Assembly: GCF_006345805.1 (NCBI RefSeq)
Contig: NC_043004.1
Span: forward strand, 22,754,001 to 22,818,000
Source: Octopus sinensis
Lineage: Eukaryota
Direction of reading: 5' to 3'
DNA length: 64,000 nucleotides
Shown: positions 24,331 through 39,042 of the stretch, one piece after another
Numbering within the stretch: position 1 is the first letter of the stretch
Layout: every line of letters begins with the position of its first letter
Notes under the pieces: generated by a model
Told to the model about the DNA's origin: nothing
Databases searched by the model: none
The model's input: only the letters and a program-made list of their open reading frames with translations
Translations under genes and position numbers: made by a program

Positions 24331-25955
24331 GTATAGATATGTAAACCTGAAAATATCTTTCTAAAAGTCTAAGAATGGCTTCCTCTTCCGGTTCCTGAAT
24401 GAATTAAGGTATACTTTCTTGAAAAATGGTCAACTAAATATACAATGCTTCTACACTGAAATTAGTTTCGATAAGAGGGCCGTTTTAGACAGGCGGTATT
24501 AAATCATTCAGTATACAGCCTCAAAATGATGAACCAACTATCTACAATTTACACGAAGAAAAATAGTTAGAAAGAGGAAATTTGTATCGAATCTTGAAAG
24601 CGACTGAACATCACTAAGACTAGGTGACAAATAGTTGGCTACGTCAATCTGAGCCAGTTGTTAGCCCAATCTCACAAAGTTATGGTTACAACTCAATTTT
24701 AGATCCCCCGTTTGTATCCCGATGCTTGCACTAGTTTCTGTAGTGATATTTTGATTTTCATGCAAAAGATTTTTTCTCTGGCTTTATCAAGTGATTAGTG
24801 CATACAGCATACTTCCAATTTTTGGGGTCAGATATCAGATTCAATACTGATCACAAATTTTAAGGATCGAATATTGTTCTGAAGCAAGAATCCAAACATT
24901 GTGCTACAGCTTAGGCAACTTGACTCAGTGCTGTGGAATAAGATATGGTGTTCAGCTAGGTGTTCATCGGAGGAGAGAATTTACTTTTGTTAGATTCCAT
25001 TCCGGATATATGTATTTATTGTGCCTCGGAGCTGGTAGAGTAGAATAAATATTGCATTCTTACTGTATTTAATACACACGTGTTTTATACGTAATATCAT
25101 ACACACATAAAACATATGTGTGTGTGTGCATCTGTGTGTGTATGTCCGTGTGTGTGTATGTGTACGTGAATGTGTGTGTGTGTATGTGTATCTGTGTTTG
25201 TATGTGCATAATTGCGCAACGAGTATACAAAGAAATATCTCAGGAATATATTCAAAGTATATGAGACCGGCGTCATCGAACCGTGTGTGTGAGTGTGCGT
25301 GTGTGTGTGTGTGTGACTGTAGATCAACACTTTTATCCCATACATATATGTATACACACACACACACACCTTCACGTAACGCATGGATACACAAACACAA
25401 ATATTTATGAATAACAACAAAATATTGCCTGTCATTTTATAAACTCACGTGTTTTTTGTTATTTGTATGAACGTCAGTATATCATAACTATATCGTTGGC
25501 TCCTGTTAGCCAGCGAAATGTATATTTATATGAATGCACATGTATGCGTGCATAAATGTGCGTTGAGTCACGGTTTTCAATTGGAAGAGAATTTATTTTG
25601 AACCGTAGGTCTTCGATTCATGATATATACTTCAGTGATTCCAGAGTCGGTTTTTATATTGTAGCATTGAATCTGCTATTATACTTATATACAAGGAGAA
25701 GCTCCCACTTTCTCTCACTCTCTTTCATGCACCCAAAAAGGTGTATAGGCATGCACAAAGACACACATCCATGTGGAACACCCACACCCACACACACTCA
25801 CACACACTCACGCATATATGTATGTAAGTGTGTATGCGTGTGCGCGTGTGTATATATATATAATTTATGAACATTTATACTTCTGAATTATGTCCATATG
25901 TATGTGAGTACATCTATGAGTATACAATTGTGTACATATATATATTATGTATATA

Positions 25956-25989
<34 letters not shown>

Positions 25990-26020
25990 CATACATACAT
26001 ACACACACAAATTCATGAAC

Positions 26021-26066
<46 letters not shown>

Positions 26067-26750
26067 GTATGCGCGTAAATACATACATATATGAGTTTCC
26101 CGAAACCATATACCATGAAATATCATTAACATTGCTATGCGCATGTATCTTTTCATGTATAACCCAATATTTGTATGGTGAGATATCACGTTTGAAACTT
26201 GATTGCAGTTGGCATCGTACGTCACTGAGCCATCATATCGGTCGTCTGGATCGCTGAAATGCATATCATCCAGTAAACGACATTTTATGCATTGAACAAC
26301 ATCCCTATCTTTCACTAACGTCCCTCTTAACTTCTCTTATGCTGATGAAGGTTCGTATAACTGAGGAAGTAAATAGAATAATGTAGGAAAATAGGAAGAG
26401 GGGAGATGGGAAGGAAATGAGATCTAGTGAGATAAACGTATCTGCGAATGAAAGCAGATGTGCAGAAGAGAATATCAGCTATTTATAAAGAAATGAAATA
26501 GTGAATTATTAATCGATGTTATTGAAGTGTGTTTCTGTTGGATGGATCAGCAGATGGAAAGAAGAGCGAGAAGAAATGGAAGAGAGATTTTGGAGTATTC
26601 ACAAGAAGAAGGAATTGAATAAGAATCTATTGTTGTAAGAGTCATGCCGTTTGTGTGGTGTCTTCATAGAACAACACATATATGTGCGTGTATATAATTT
26701 GTATGTATGTGTGTAAGTGTGTGCGTATATATATATATGTGTGTGTGTGT

Positions 26751-26786
<36 letters not shown>

Positions 26787-27454
26787 TATGTAAAATGTAT
26801 CCTTAATATTTGTGTGCGGGTATATATGTATATAAGTATATGTGTTTGTGTGTATGTGTCCTTGTGTACATAAAGATACTTATAGCGATTATGTAAGACA
26901 ACTTATTCCTAATCTCTTTTTCAGTCGATGTTTCGAAATATAAATAGCAAGCAAAATATTGCCCCATAAATAGTTTTCATGATTGTCATATAGAACACGC
27001 TCTAAAGTAGAAAGGAAAAGGAAAAGTGGATATAGAAAAAGAATGAAAAGGAGATAATATAGATAAGCCAAAATATAGATATATATCAACGGGTTGATAT
27101 GTAAAGGCGACAAAAATTCAGAGAGGTTTAAAATGTTGAGGAGGATCAAATTCAAGAATACAATAAGATAGAGAACATTGAGGAAAATACATTGGAATAG
27201 CAGTGAGATGGTAAAATTTGTACATAGATTAGGTTTATCAGGTAGAGGAAAATTGAATCTTCAGAGGAAAATTTAAAGGAGAATTATTGATAAGTCGAAA
27301 GCTTACCTGAATCGTAGCAGCTAAGAAAATGAACCCCATTAATGTGTCAGACTAAAATAAGCGAGATTGAATGTTAATGATATAGAAGGTAATTTGAACT
27401 AGTATTATTGGATAACAGAGTAAAAACATATTCGGCACACTATATACATATATT

Positions 27455-27670
27455 ATCTTTTACTTTTTTCAATTATTTGACTGCGACCATGCTGGGGCAC
27501 AAACTTGAAAACTGCTTTAGTCAAACGAATTGACCTCCAGTCTTTTTTTAAAGCCCGAAACTACTTTTATCGATATCTTTTGCTGCACCGCTAAGTTACG
27601 GGAATGTAAACACACGAAAACCGGTTGTTAAGCGAGTGATAGTGGTGGGGAAAACAAAGACACAAATACA
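27455..27670 (-). mobile_element. Family A SINE, 3' half
   Basis: TTTGACTGCGACCATGCTGGGGCAC...CCGCTAAGTTACGGGAATGTAAACAC is the reverse complement of the family A tail. Confidence 0.8.
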
Positions 27671-27837
27671 CGCACACAGAAACACACATAAACACACAAA
27701 GATACGATGGGCTTATTTTTGTGTCCGTCTGCCAAATCTACTCAGAAGGCTTCGTTCGGCTAGTGACTATACGCCTATCATATTTGAGGATTGTCGTCTT
27801 TTCGGCAATAGACACACGCACTATTTATATCATCTTC

Positions 27838-27870
27838 AATTTATTATTATTATAATAATTATTATTATTA

Positions 27871-27928
<58 letters not shown>

Positions 27929-27974
27929 TTGTATATCATTATGTCTAACGCGGATACGTCAATATTTTTTAAAA

Positions 27975-28008
<34 letters not shown>

Positions 28009-28031
28009 ATTATTATTATTATTATTATTAT
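27838..28031. repeat. (TAT)n/(TAA)n array, tail or target of the adjacent non-LTR element
   Basis: Interrupted trinucleotide array abutting the element's 3' end. Confidence 0.95.
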
Positions 28032-28670
28032 ATAACTTTTCAATATTTGGTAGATTGAGGTAAATTTCAACTGCATCACCGTGTTACTGAGGTGTGTGCA
28101 GCATTGTGTGTTCTTTTCTGCAGTTGTATTGTGTTAGCTTTTATTTCCTTAAGGTGTAATGCTGTCTTTTGTTGTGTTACTGCTTGTATTGTGTGTTGAG
28201 TGTGGTTTTCTAGCTTGCTGGTAGGGGTTTATTTCACTGGATAAATGCTGTATAGAGTGCGTCTTGTATTTGTGAGTTGTTTTGTTTAGGTTGTATAGGT
28301 GGGTTGATAGTTGTTTGCGTAAGATGTGAGCCGTTCCTAGCAGGGTTATTTTTTGGATAGTCTGTTGTGTTGAGGATCCAGATGTAGCTTCTACGTTTTT
28401 GTTTATATGATTTTTATCATGGCCAATGTTCCAATTATTATTGGTAATGTTTGCCTTTACGCTCCACAGTTTGAATATTTCATTTTCGAGGCCTTTGTAC
28501 TTCGAGAATTTCTCCACTCCTTTTTTGACAATATTTTGATCAGAAGGGACTGCAATGTCAATAAGTAAACAGTTTGTTTTTCTCCCAATCTTTGGCTATT
28601 ATTTCTGGGCGACTAGCTTTTATTTCTTCGTCGGTTGTGACTTGATCGTTGTCTTGTACCTTGTTTGAAA
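28032..28670 (-). mobile_element. R4/Dong-type non-LTR retrotransposon 3' end (restriction-like endonuclease)
   Basis: RPEII..D, IDIAVPSDQNIVKKGVEKFSKYKGLENEIFKLW and IQKITLLGTAHILRKQL are typical REL C-terminal motifs. Followed by (TAA)n. Confidence 0.85.
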
Positions 28671-28778
28671 CATACTAGTACCACCTGCTGTCAGCTTTTA
28701 TGTTGTAATGTTGGCATATTGCGTTGTAATGTTGGCTTTTATGTTGTAATGTTGGCATATGCCTTTGCTGCTCACGCT

Positions 28779-28815
<37 letters not shown>

Positions 28816-29036
28816 GTATATAAATGTTTAAATACATGCATGTAAACACTCATAGATAATCATACATGTTTGATCCATGTTTATACAATAGATGCGGCGC
28901 ATCCGTTGAAAGTATAAAGTGTGTTACGAGCTATATAATTGAATTATAATCTACTGTAAGGTTTTCGATATAGACATCCATAATATGTTATATAGTAATT
29001 TAGCGAGATGTTTTATGAAATTAATATATGCCTTTA

Positions 29037-29083
<47 letters not shown>

Positions 29084-30227
29084 ATATAGATATAGTTATT
29101 GCGCCTTTCAAGACCAGTTATACACTCTCAGATGCAAAATCTCTGTCAATAAGAGATCTGGTAAGCAATTGCATGACTTAAAAATCTGAAATTGTGATAA
29201 GTCTTTCTTCAGTTTACCGAGTTAATTAATTTCCTGTAGAGCATAGAGGGACGGAAACTACTCAACATTATTTCGATATCTTTTTGCAACACCCTCCTTA
29301 GAATTTGGCTTCTTATCTATGATGGGATGAGAATTTCGGTAGAGTGTTTGCCAAAATGTTTTGATTAATTGCCATAATTGGTGGACAAAATGTTGATAGA
29401 TTGGCAGAATCTATAGATGGTCTGCTAAAATCTCATGCAGCATTTAGTTACAAACGTACATTATTTTACCACTCTATCCAAAAACAAAAATGGCTTTAAT
29501 CCCGCAGAGGACACGGTAAAAATAAAATATCATGTACAGAGTCGATTTAATCAATGTTAACAACCCCACAAAATATGTCGTCTTCGGTTCATGTTACAGT
29601 TTAGTATCGGAATGAAAATAAAATAAAGAAAGTGTTAGTTAATCAGTGAAATCTCTTCATTCATTATCAATACACACGAGAACATTAAAATCTCCTGAGT
29701 GAATCTATACAATCACATGCAATCAGTAAGTCGTCAATCACCGATACACACCAATCATCAAGACTTTACAGATTTTTTAATCCATGAATATTCATCATCC
29801 TGACGGGGAACTGTGCAACAAATGCAAGCATAGACATACGAAAGTTCAAAATTTTGGTAGAAATATTCTTTACAAGTGATGTGCTGACCAAAACCTAGTC
29901 ATCATTATAAATTTTCCATTTGTAATTCAAACTTTTTAAAGCTTATTCGTTTTACAAAACATTTCATTCTGTCAATACAATTCCCTCGATTATAAATCAA
30001 ATATCTTTACTCCTATCACATAATCATACGGTCGAACGCCTCATAAAATAATGATCGTAATCTGCTTATCTGTCGACGTGCCATTCTCTACACACATCGC
30101 GGGAATAAAAATCATAGATGTATGGAAACATCAACACAAGTGTTTATAGATGTGCGTATATGTGTATGTATATGCGTGAGTGTGTGTGTAGCGTAGGTGG
30201 GGTATGTGTGTGTATATATATATATAT

Positions 30228-30305
<78 letters not shown>

Positions 30306-30749
30306 GTGCATTTACATACATATATATACATATATACACGCATGAATATATATATATTATACATGCAAGCATACATACATATATCATATATCCTCTCTAG
30401 TGTTTTTCAGTTATCGCACTGTGGTCATCATGCGGCACCACCTGCAAGTGTGTTATAGAACAAATTGACCCCACTATATATATTTTGTTAGTTCTGGAAG
30501 TTATTGTAGCAGTTTATTTTGATGATCTGTTAGCTCACGGCGACGGAGTAGATTAATTCCGGTCATCAAGCTATGGGAAGAAAAACTCAAATAGAAAGAT
30601 ACAAAGATATTGCGCCCTCACACAATCAGACAGATATAAATCGTCAGTAAATCTTAAATCTGAAAGAAAAGCACACCCTAAGTTATAGGGCAGTAGATTA
30701 TTTATAGTAAGATATGTATGGCTAACCCTTGGTAATCGTATGAACCGAC

Positions 30750-30960
30750 CACAGCAATGTTGATTCGCTAGCTTCTGCACGCATTTTTTTCTCTCCTTGT
30801 TTCTCTCCGTGTTTCTTTTCTGTGTATCTTTCTGTTGAAGAGCGTAGGCTCGAAACGTAAAAGACTTGTTTTATTTATATTCCTGAGCGCCATACTAATA
30901 CAATTGTTTGTTTGTATTCCATCTGCCTTCGTCTTTTGTTTATTTTCATAAAGCTTCCCG
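30750..30960 (+). mobile_element. Solo PLE-type terminal repeat fragment
   Basis: Homologous to 6340-6535 (GAAGAGCGTAGGCTCGAAACGT...ATACTAATACA...CTTCGTCTT). Confidence 0.75.
30827..30864 (+). ncRNA. Minimal type I hammerhead motif (A6U variant)
   Basis: TCTTT-CTGTTGA-A-GAGC GTAG GCTC-GAAAC-GTA-AAAGA. 5-bp stem I, 4-bp stem II, palindromic ACGT helix III. Confidence 0.6.
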
Positions 30961-31709
30961 TTATATATATATATATATATATGTTTGTGTGTGTGTGTGT
31001 TATTTAGAGATAGAGGTCCCCTCTAAATAACATATATTTCCTTATCGAGAATAATTCATTTTATTTGAATCCCTGTGACTCCGGAATTTTTATTCCCTAA
31101 TATATAAAATAATCTAAGATATATATATACACACACAAGGGTATTTCAATACCCTGTATTTCATTTATACTTTACCTATAACTGTCTAAATCTGCTAGCC
31201 ACTCTCTTATTAACATGTTTAATAATGCTACTGATACTTTTATTTATATATATAACATACATATATATAACATACATACATAAATACATACATACACACA
31301 TACAATTTTGTATATTACTAAGGTATTGCGAGAATGACCCGGTGTAAAACTCAATATACCCAAGTTTCACAACGAATTTTTATGTTAGCTGAGCGGTAAT
31401 ATGAAACAGAGATGACAAAAGAATAAATTGTTATCTTATGAACTTTATGACCTTATAGTTCTTTCTTGCAATAAGTTGCAGCGGACTCACAGGTGAGTCC
31501 CTGAATAACATACAGCTTCATCAGATCCTCGGATGTGAATTACAATGCATTTGGGAAAGAATTACATTTGTGGGAACGGCATGCCCAAGTTGCAATCATT
31601 TCGGTATAACAACCCTATTAACACAAATATTTCACCGATTTTGTATATGAAATGTTTGGTTGTTATTTTTCAAAATCATGCATATATTTCAAAATCACGG
31701 GTTTTATTT

Positions 31710-31765
<56 letters not shown>

Positions 31766-32789
31766 CTTCGCTCTCTCTCTCTCTCTTTCTCCCATGCTCT
31801 CGCACTCTCGCTCTCTGTCTTTCTTTCTTTCAGATTTCTGTTCGCATGTTATTGCATTCTACAACATAGAGAGCGACTGCCACTCCCCTTTTATTTGTCT
31901 CTTTTCCATTTCTCCTAATATACTTCCCATCAATTCTCTTTTGTTTTCCTTCATGATCAATTTCTCTCTGTGTCTCTTATTTTCACTATTCCCTTTACAG
32001 CGGATCACACTTCCTTTCCTTCATTTTTATCCCTTGTGTTAATGGTGTTCACCTATCACAACAAACTCATCAAAAACACGTTGAACAAAACAACAAAACC
32101 GTTCAGTGACTAATGACTCCGATAAAAAGTCAAGGGATATTATCATTACATAGAAGCAACCCTGCACACACGCTGTCAATGTAATAACAAGGTGAAAGGT
32201 ATTACTGAATGCTACTTCAATTAACAGGGAAAATGATCGATATGCAACTGTGAACATAAATAAAGAAAGAGAATAAAACGAAGCTAAAAGTAGATATATT
32301 ATAACGCTAAATGTTACATGCCGTTATTTAAAATAGAATGCATTTTCTTCCTTGAAATTTCATTCCAATATATTTCAATGAAAAGGTCCAATATCGACAA
32401 AATGTTTTCATGAAAATAAAAGGAATATATCTGCTAAAAAAGAAAAAAAAGTAAGTGCATAGATATGTAGTTAAGAAGTTTGCAAGGCAACCATATGAAT
32501 CAGGAATCGATTCGCACTGCACACATTAAGAAATCTTCTGCTGCAAGCTACAATCCACTAGCGACTTTTGAGTTAATTTTGGTAAATAGAATAAGAATTC
32601 ACACAGACGTCCGTAAAGAAATATATATATATATATATATGTATGTATGTGTGTATTTATGTATGTATGTATGCATGTATGCATATATATGTATATGTAT
32701 ATATACACACACATATATACATATATATAAATATATGTATTCATACATGCATACATACATATATATATACATATCATATATTCATATTA

Positions 32790-33147
32790 GGAGTAGGAGT
32801 GGCTGTGTGGTAAGTAGCTTGCTTACGAACCACATGGTTCTGGGTTCAGTCCGACTGCGTAGTATCTTGGGCAAGTGACTTCTACTATAGCCTCAGGCCG
32901 ACCAAAGCCTTGTGAGGGGATTTGGTAGACGGAAACTGGTGTGTGTGTGTGTGTGTGTTTCTGTGTCTGTGTTTGACAACCGATGCTGGTGTGTTTACAT
33001 CCCCGTAACTTAGCGGTTCGGAAAAAGAGACCGATAGAATAAGTATAGGCTTACAAAGAATAAGTCGTGGGGTCGATTTGCTCGACTAAAGGCGGTGCTC
33101 CAGCATGGCCACAGTCAAATGCCTGAAACAAGTAAAAAAGTAAAAGA
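32790..33147 (+). mobile_element. Family A SINE, full length, young
   Basis: A and B boxes, CTTGGGCAAGTG, internal (GT)n and intact tail. High identity to 141-500. Confidence 0.92.
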
Positions 33148-34862
33148 TTATGTATTATATTTGTGTGTATCTCCATATCGAAGTATGTATGGCTGTTGTT
33201 CAATATTTGCAGCCAGTAAAATACTAAGAGAATAATAAATATTAAACAACTGAAAATATTATGAGTATACTTTTAAAATATTGTAAAATTTATTGAAATC
33301 TCTAAGTGTATTCTTAACACTTGATAGCTGAATACTCTAACGTATTCAAATTTTTTCGGAATGTTGTTTAACTTTCGTTTTTAATCATTCCCAATATCTG
33401 TATTTATATACTGTCACGATATTTCTACGTTATAACATTCCTCTTAAGCATATTTCCTGCATGTTCCTCCTGAAATTATTTAATGTATTTAACCAATATT
33501 CTCGATTTGTTTGTTTATTTGTTAGGCATCTGTATGACATGGCTATCTAACATGTCGCAATATGCTTCTTTCATTTAATATCCGTATTGTACAATACTTT
33601 TTCCCTTTATTTCTTTCAGCCTTATTGCCAACTGTTCAATCTAAATTATGGTTATTTCGACAATACTTAGGGATGGCTTTAGGTAGCAAACATTATGAAG
33701 TTCTTTTCAAAAACTATCGAATTGTAAAATGCAGTATTTCGATATCTGCTTACAGAAATACATTATGTTTAATTACTATGTTAAGGCAATTTTAACAATG
33801 ACAAACTAACAGAACTGTCACACTTTTGTTATTACCTTTTCTCTTTCTCCATTCATCTTCAACCGCAACCTCCTCATTCTCACCATAATTATCATCATTA
33901 TCCTTATTTCGAGAATGAATGACATAATGCTTTTGTCGAGAGAAATTTCTTTCTAAAAGATTCTATTTTTTAGTGATAAAACCTGAAGCAGGCGTGATTC
34001 TTTTCTGGAATACTTGAATACATTTTTATTTCTCCTTTAATAATTTAATACAATATAATTCTGTAAACTGGACGAATGGTTAAAATAACAGTGTCCAGGG
34101 CAATGTCATGGAATAAACACCAGATGATGGATAATAAACTTTTTTATTCATATTGTAGCATTAAAATATGATTGGCAACATACTGATCGTAGATAAAGTA
34201 GTATAACATATACCTCGAATAATTTTACTAAACTTGAAATACAGATACTCTAGACATAAACATAGTGTCAACCAAGCTAATTCGATTTACTAATATGTGA
34301 AATATTTCGCAACCTCATATAGCATGAGGCTAACTTTCTAAAAAGTCTTAAAACATGATCATAGACAGGACAAATTCCTCATGGACTGAAATATAATTCT
34401 GTAACAGACCCTTATAAGATTAATGATATACCGAATGAAGCAACAGTATTCAAGCTAGCTCCACGGAGACGAAGCAAATAGAAATTATCTATTAATTATT
34501 CACTCGATGTTCTAGAAATAACAGCAAGACTTCCCTTAAACAATAAACGTGTATTCAATCAGACACATGAAAAGACTGGGCTGAAATGAGGGAAATCTTT
34601 TGTGTATTGATTTGCTTGTACAAAGATAGTACAAACAATGACAGCATGCAAATGTGAAAGAACAGGGAGTAGGATAATAGAAATAAAGCAGTATAATTGA
34701 CCAAAATCTCAGTCATAGCTAATACCTGTCAGATATGGTCCTCAGCATTACTGCATGGTATAACAATTTAGTACATAGTGTTCCAGGTTCGATGCCATTG
34801 TTTGACATGTATCCTTGACTATAGTGTGTGTGTTTATGTATGTGTGTGCGTATGTGTGTGCG

Positions 34863-34918
<56 letters not shown>

Positions 34919-35301
34919 TATATATTATATAAGCTCCGTTCTGCCTGTCTGTGTGTGTGGCCTCTAGGATATCGGGCATCTTCCATCCAATTGCGCTCAA
35001 ATTTGATATGTAGATACCGATGGTATCAGGGCGTGTATATGTCTTGAAAACATTACAAAAATCGATTCCAGGTGAGAATGCGATCGATAAAGCCGTGGGA
35101 ACGTGCATTTGTAAAAGCGCTTTTCCTGGAATAGAAAAAAGTCTATCTTTATTTCTTCTTTTGGTGGTGTCTCAAATTTAGGTTAAATCAGTGTTTCTCA
35201 AAGGAGAGGGCTATGGGACGGTCAGACAAGTTGTTTTGAGAAAATTTGGTTAAAATATTTGACAACTCAGCACAGTCCATTGGATGGGGGGCGTTTTGCT
35301 C

Positions 35302-35356
<55 letters not shown>

Positions 35357-37420
35357 CAGTCGTGTTTGCGTGTGTTTCTATATTTGTGTGTGCACGCATG
35401 TGTGTGTGTCGTTTACCAGTGTAGGTTAGTGATGAATCTAGGCTTTACTGAGAAAACCGATTGACCGGTTCTCTTTACATGGCATCGCTTATGATATTCT
35501 GTATTTAGTTAAAGATTCTCTTTTTTCTCTCACTGTCAAAAATGCCCTGAACCAGTGATTTTTACCATCAGATACCCCTAACCAACGGTACTATTATGTT
35601 ACAAATTACGATATACTATTAATTAATTAATAATCAGAAGGTTTCCTAAATATTCTCCTGGACATACGTTGTCTTGGTAAAACACTTCCGGTATCTCTTC
35701 AAAACCTTCCTTAAAAGACAACCCGAAAAGTAAGTGTATGTCATTTAGTTATCTGTAAATAATATGTTGTAATTATAAGGATATAACGAGTCCTGTTTAT
35801 AAAGACATTGCAGGCATATCTCTAACATCAAGAATTAACAAGGACTTGGAAAGTGTTTCTAGAAACTTTATGGCCATCAAGAAGATGAAGCATTTGATAA
35901 ATGATAATGAGTAACTTATTTACTCACCATGTGAAACCGTATAACCGAGATGTAGCATTACAACACAATTCGAAATTACTTACGCCAGTAACTCAATGTA
36001 TATGATGTATAAGTGAGCTTCATAAGAGATACCTCTTCACCTCACCATGTAGTTCTCATTTCCTGGAGCGCATTCAGTATTAAGTATTATAATGTCCTGA
36101 ATATTGTTATGATCATATCACCTCTATCTCTGCAATGTAAATATATTATGCACTCTAGTTATAATGTATTTCTCATACGTTACGGTATCGAAATGATTAA
36201 ACGGTCAATGACTCAGAGAATTCTCACTGGATGTGTTACATTTATAGATTTATCTGAACCAATTCTGCAATTAGATTGTACCGTATTTTATGTTATGGCA
36301 TCCAGAAACCTTTATATTACAACTACTGCGCTGTCATCAGCTACGTCCGGAAATATTTGAGATGCTAATTATATCCCTAATGTACACTAAGTGTATTCAT
36401 CCAACACCTCACAATAACGTTTTGTGCTAAAATTCAGTTTCGCCGATAATTATAAAACGAAAGCTAATGAACAAACAATTACATCTGCTCATAGGAACGT
36501 TTCCTCGTAGTGAATAATATAACTCGATATTTTCCCACAGTAATGGTTCATACTGTTACAATATATTTTGTTCATTACATATATATCCTAAAATATATTT
36601 AAGCAGCAAGAAAATTAGAGGCCATATTAATGATTATTCCATCAGTTCCTTATAACATCCGTAATATTAGTCACAGTTTTGAAGATGATTTTATTTTTTT
36701 ACATAAACATTACAAAGAATTTCCAAAGTCTTAGTAAATTAGATCGATCACAGCACTCGGTTGCTTCTTATTTCAATTCGCTGGGGTAGAGACAAGGTGA
36801 AGTCAACATCCATAATATTTCATCTCAGAAATTTCAAAAGTAGTCAAATATGAAAAAAAATATTCATCACAGTTACGTCACATTAATAACAATGACCCAG
36901 AGCAAAACAGCGGAGATGGGTAAGGAATATAATCTGTGCTTCGACTTGAATGGTATTTTCATATATCTTCCTAAAAGGAAGAAGCCAAAATCGGTCCGAA
37001 CATGCAGAATTTAAGCTCCATATTACAGTCATCAAAACAAATTAGAAATACATGAGCATTGGCAAACGCACGCACACACAAAAACACAGAAATAAATTCA
37101 TTCACAAGTACGAGTGTGTGTGAGGCCAGTCAGCATTTCATCTATGTGGATTTCCTTTTCATAAATTTGTGTTCTACGTCTAGACTCTAATATTTTGCAG
37201 TCAGATTAGGATATTTTATGGTATACTTAGAAATATTAATTAATGTTCCGTGAAATAATATTATCTCTATCATGTTCAAAGTGAGGTAAAACTCTAATGC
37301 TATACTTCCTACATGGATAAAAACACAATCTCTACAACAATGCTTAACTGTCGAATAATCCAAAAATTGAATATCATAAATATAACAAAACCAATATTTG
37401 TACTCATAAGAAATCATTGT

Positions 37421-37606
37421 GGGAAGCAATGCTTTGCGATATTTCTTCCGGCTATTTACGTTCTGAGTTCAAATTCCGCAGAGGTCGAATTTCCTTTTTA
37501 TCCATTCGAGGTTGATTCAATAAGCAGCAGTCAAGTACAGGGGTCGATGAAATCACCTTATCATACCCCTCAAAGTTACTGGCCTTGCGCTTAGAATTAG
37601 AAAGAA
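37421..37606 (+). mobile_element. Family B SINE with (ATT)n tail
   Basis: GTTCTGAGTTCAAATTCCGCAGAGGTCGA...GGGGTCGATGAAATC...TTAGAAAGAATTATTATT. Confidence 0.75.
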
Positions 37607-37708
37607 TTATTATTATTATTATTATGATCATCATTATTATCATTATTATTATTATTATTATTATTGTTGTTGTCGTCATCGTCGTCGTTGTTGTTGTTGT
37701 TATTATTC

Positions 37709-37910
37709 AGGTACGGAGTTAGCAGAACCGTCGGCAGAACGGCAAATTGCTTAACGGCATTTCGTCCACATTCATGTTCTGGGTTCAAAAACAGGGCAAA
37801 TCGACATTGCATTTCATCATCTTGGGGTCGATAAAACAGGTACCAGTCGAACATTTGGGTCGATGTAATCGACTTAAGAACCTCCCTCGAAATTTCTGGC
37901 TTTGAGCCAT
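37709..37910 (+). mobile_element. Family B SINE with (ATT)n tail
   Basis: TTAGCAGAACCG...TTTCATCATCTTGGGGTCGATAAAACAGGTACCAG...GGGTCGATGTAATCGACTT. Confidence 0.75.
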
Positions 37911-37924
37911 TATTATTGTTGTTG

Positions 37925-37993
<69 letters not shown>

Positions 37994-38882
37994 TATTATT
38001 ATTATTTTATGCCCTGCGGAGATATAATGTTAAAGTTTGAAATGTGTAAATGTAAGCAGTAAAAACAATAATAACATCAATATGAAATATATAAACCTTC
38101 CAAATTGAGTATGTTTTTTTTTTATATACAAATCCTCAATGAAGAATACTTTGTATGTACTAAATTATTTTGAAGTAATTTCACACTTTATTCTGCATAG
38201 AGTGAGAAGACTAAACACACTGATCTCTACCTTCTCTACTGCAAAATTACATACGTACATACATACATACATACATACATACATACATACATACATACAT
38301 ACATACATACATACATACATACATACATACACAACTTCAAGTTTTATTGGAATATACTTCATGCTGATACAGGCCTAAACTCAACCAATTTCTGTAACTA
38401 TTTTTATACGATTTAAATCTGTTTTCTTACTGAAATCAATAGAATATAATTACATTTATGTATAAATTCAATCAAATTTTATTGTTTTTTCTTTTAATCT
38501 TCCATCAAATATCGTTGAATAGTCATTTGGTAATGTAAATATATTGCAATGAATACCACATTTCGTTCTAATCACGTTCATTGATGCCTTACAGTTTATG
38601 CCTCTTGGCATCAATAATTTGTCTTGGCAATATTGTGCATCATCTTCTTGGATTTTTCTAACTTTAGCATCATACGTTACTAAATTTATTTTTATGGAAT
38701 TATCTTATTAGTAATCAGAACGAAGTCTTTTAAACGCTATATTTGCCACTTATGTGTGCTTTGGGGCAAACAAAATAGAAAAAAATGTTATAGTTAAAAA
38801 TGTGCAAAGTATACTAAGAATGTGCTAAGGAAAAAAGTCAGCCATATGTTTTAGAATAGTATACCTATATATATATATATAT

Positions 38883-38921
<39 letters not shown>

Positions 38922-38993
38922 CGTGTGTGTGTGAGTGTGTGCATATATATATTTCTATGTATGTATACAAAAACCTGTACGCACATGTATATA

Positions 38994-39042
<49 letters not shown>

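Noticed and set aside
26342-26375. CTGATGA hammerhead-like core
   Set aside because: No downstream GAAA, helix III or stem I partner.
31500-31530. Minus-strand CTGATGA
   Set aside because: No stem II/GAAA arrangement; likely chance.
36013-36360. 115-aa ORF in unique sequence
   Set aside because: TTG/GTG-type start, no recognisable motif, and no consistent splice structure with neighbouring candidate exons (35814-35910 plus; short minus-strand candidates).
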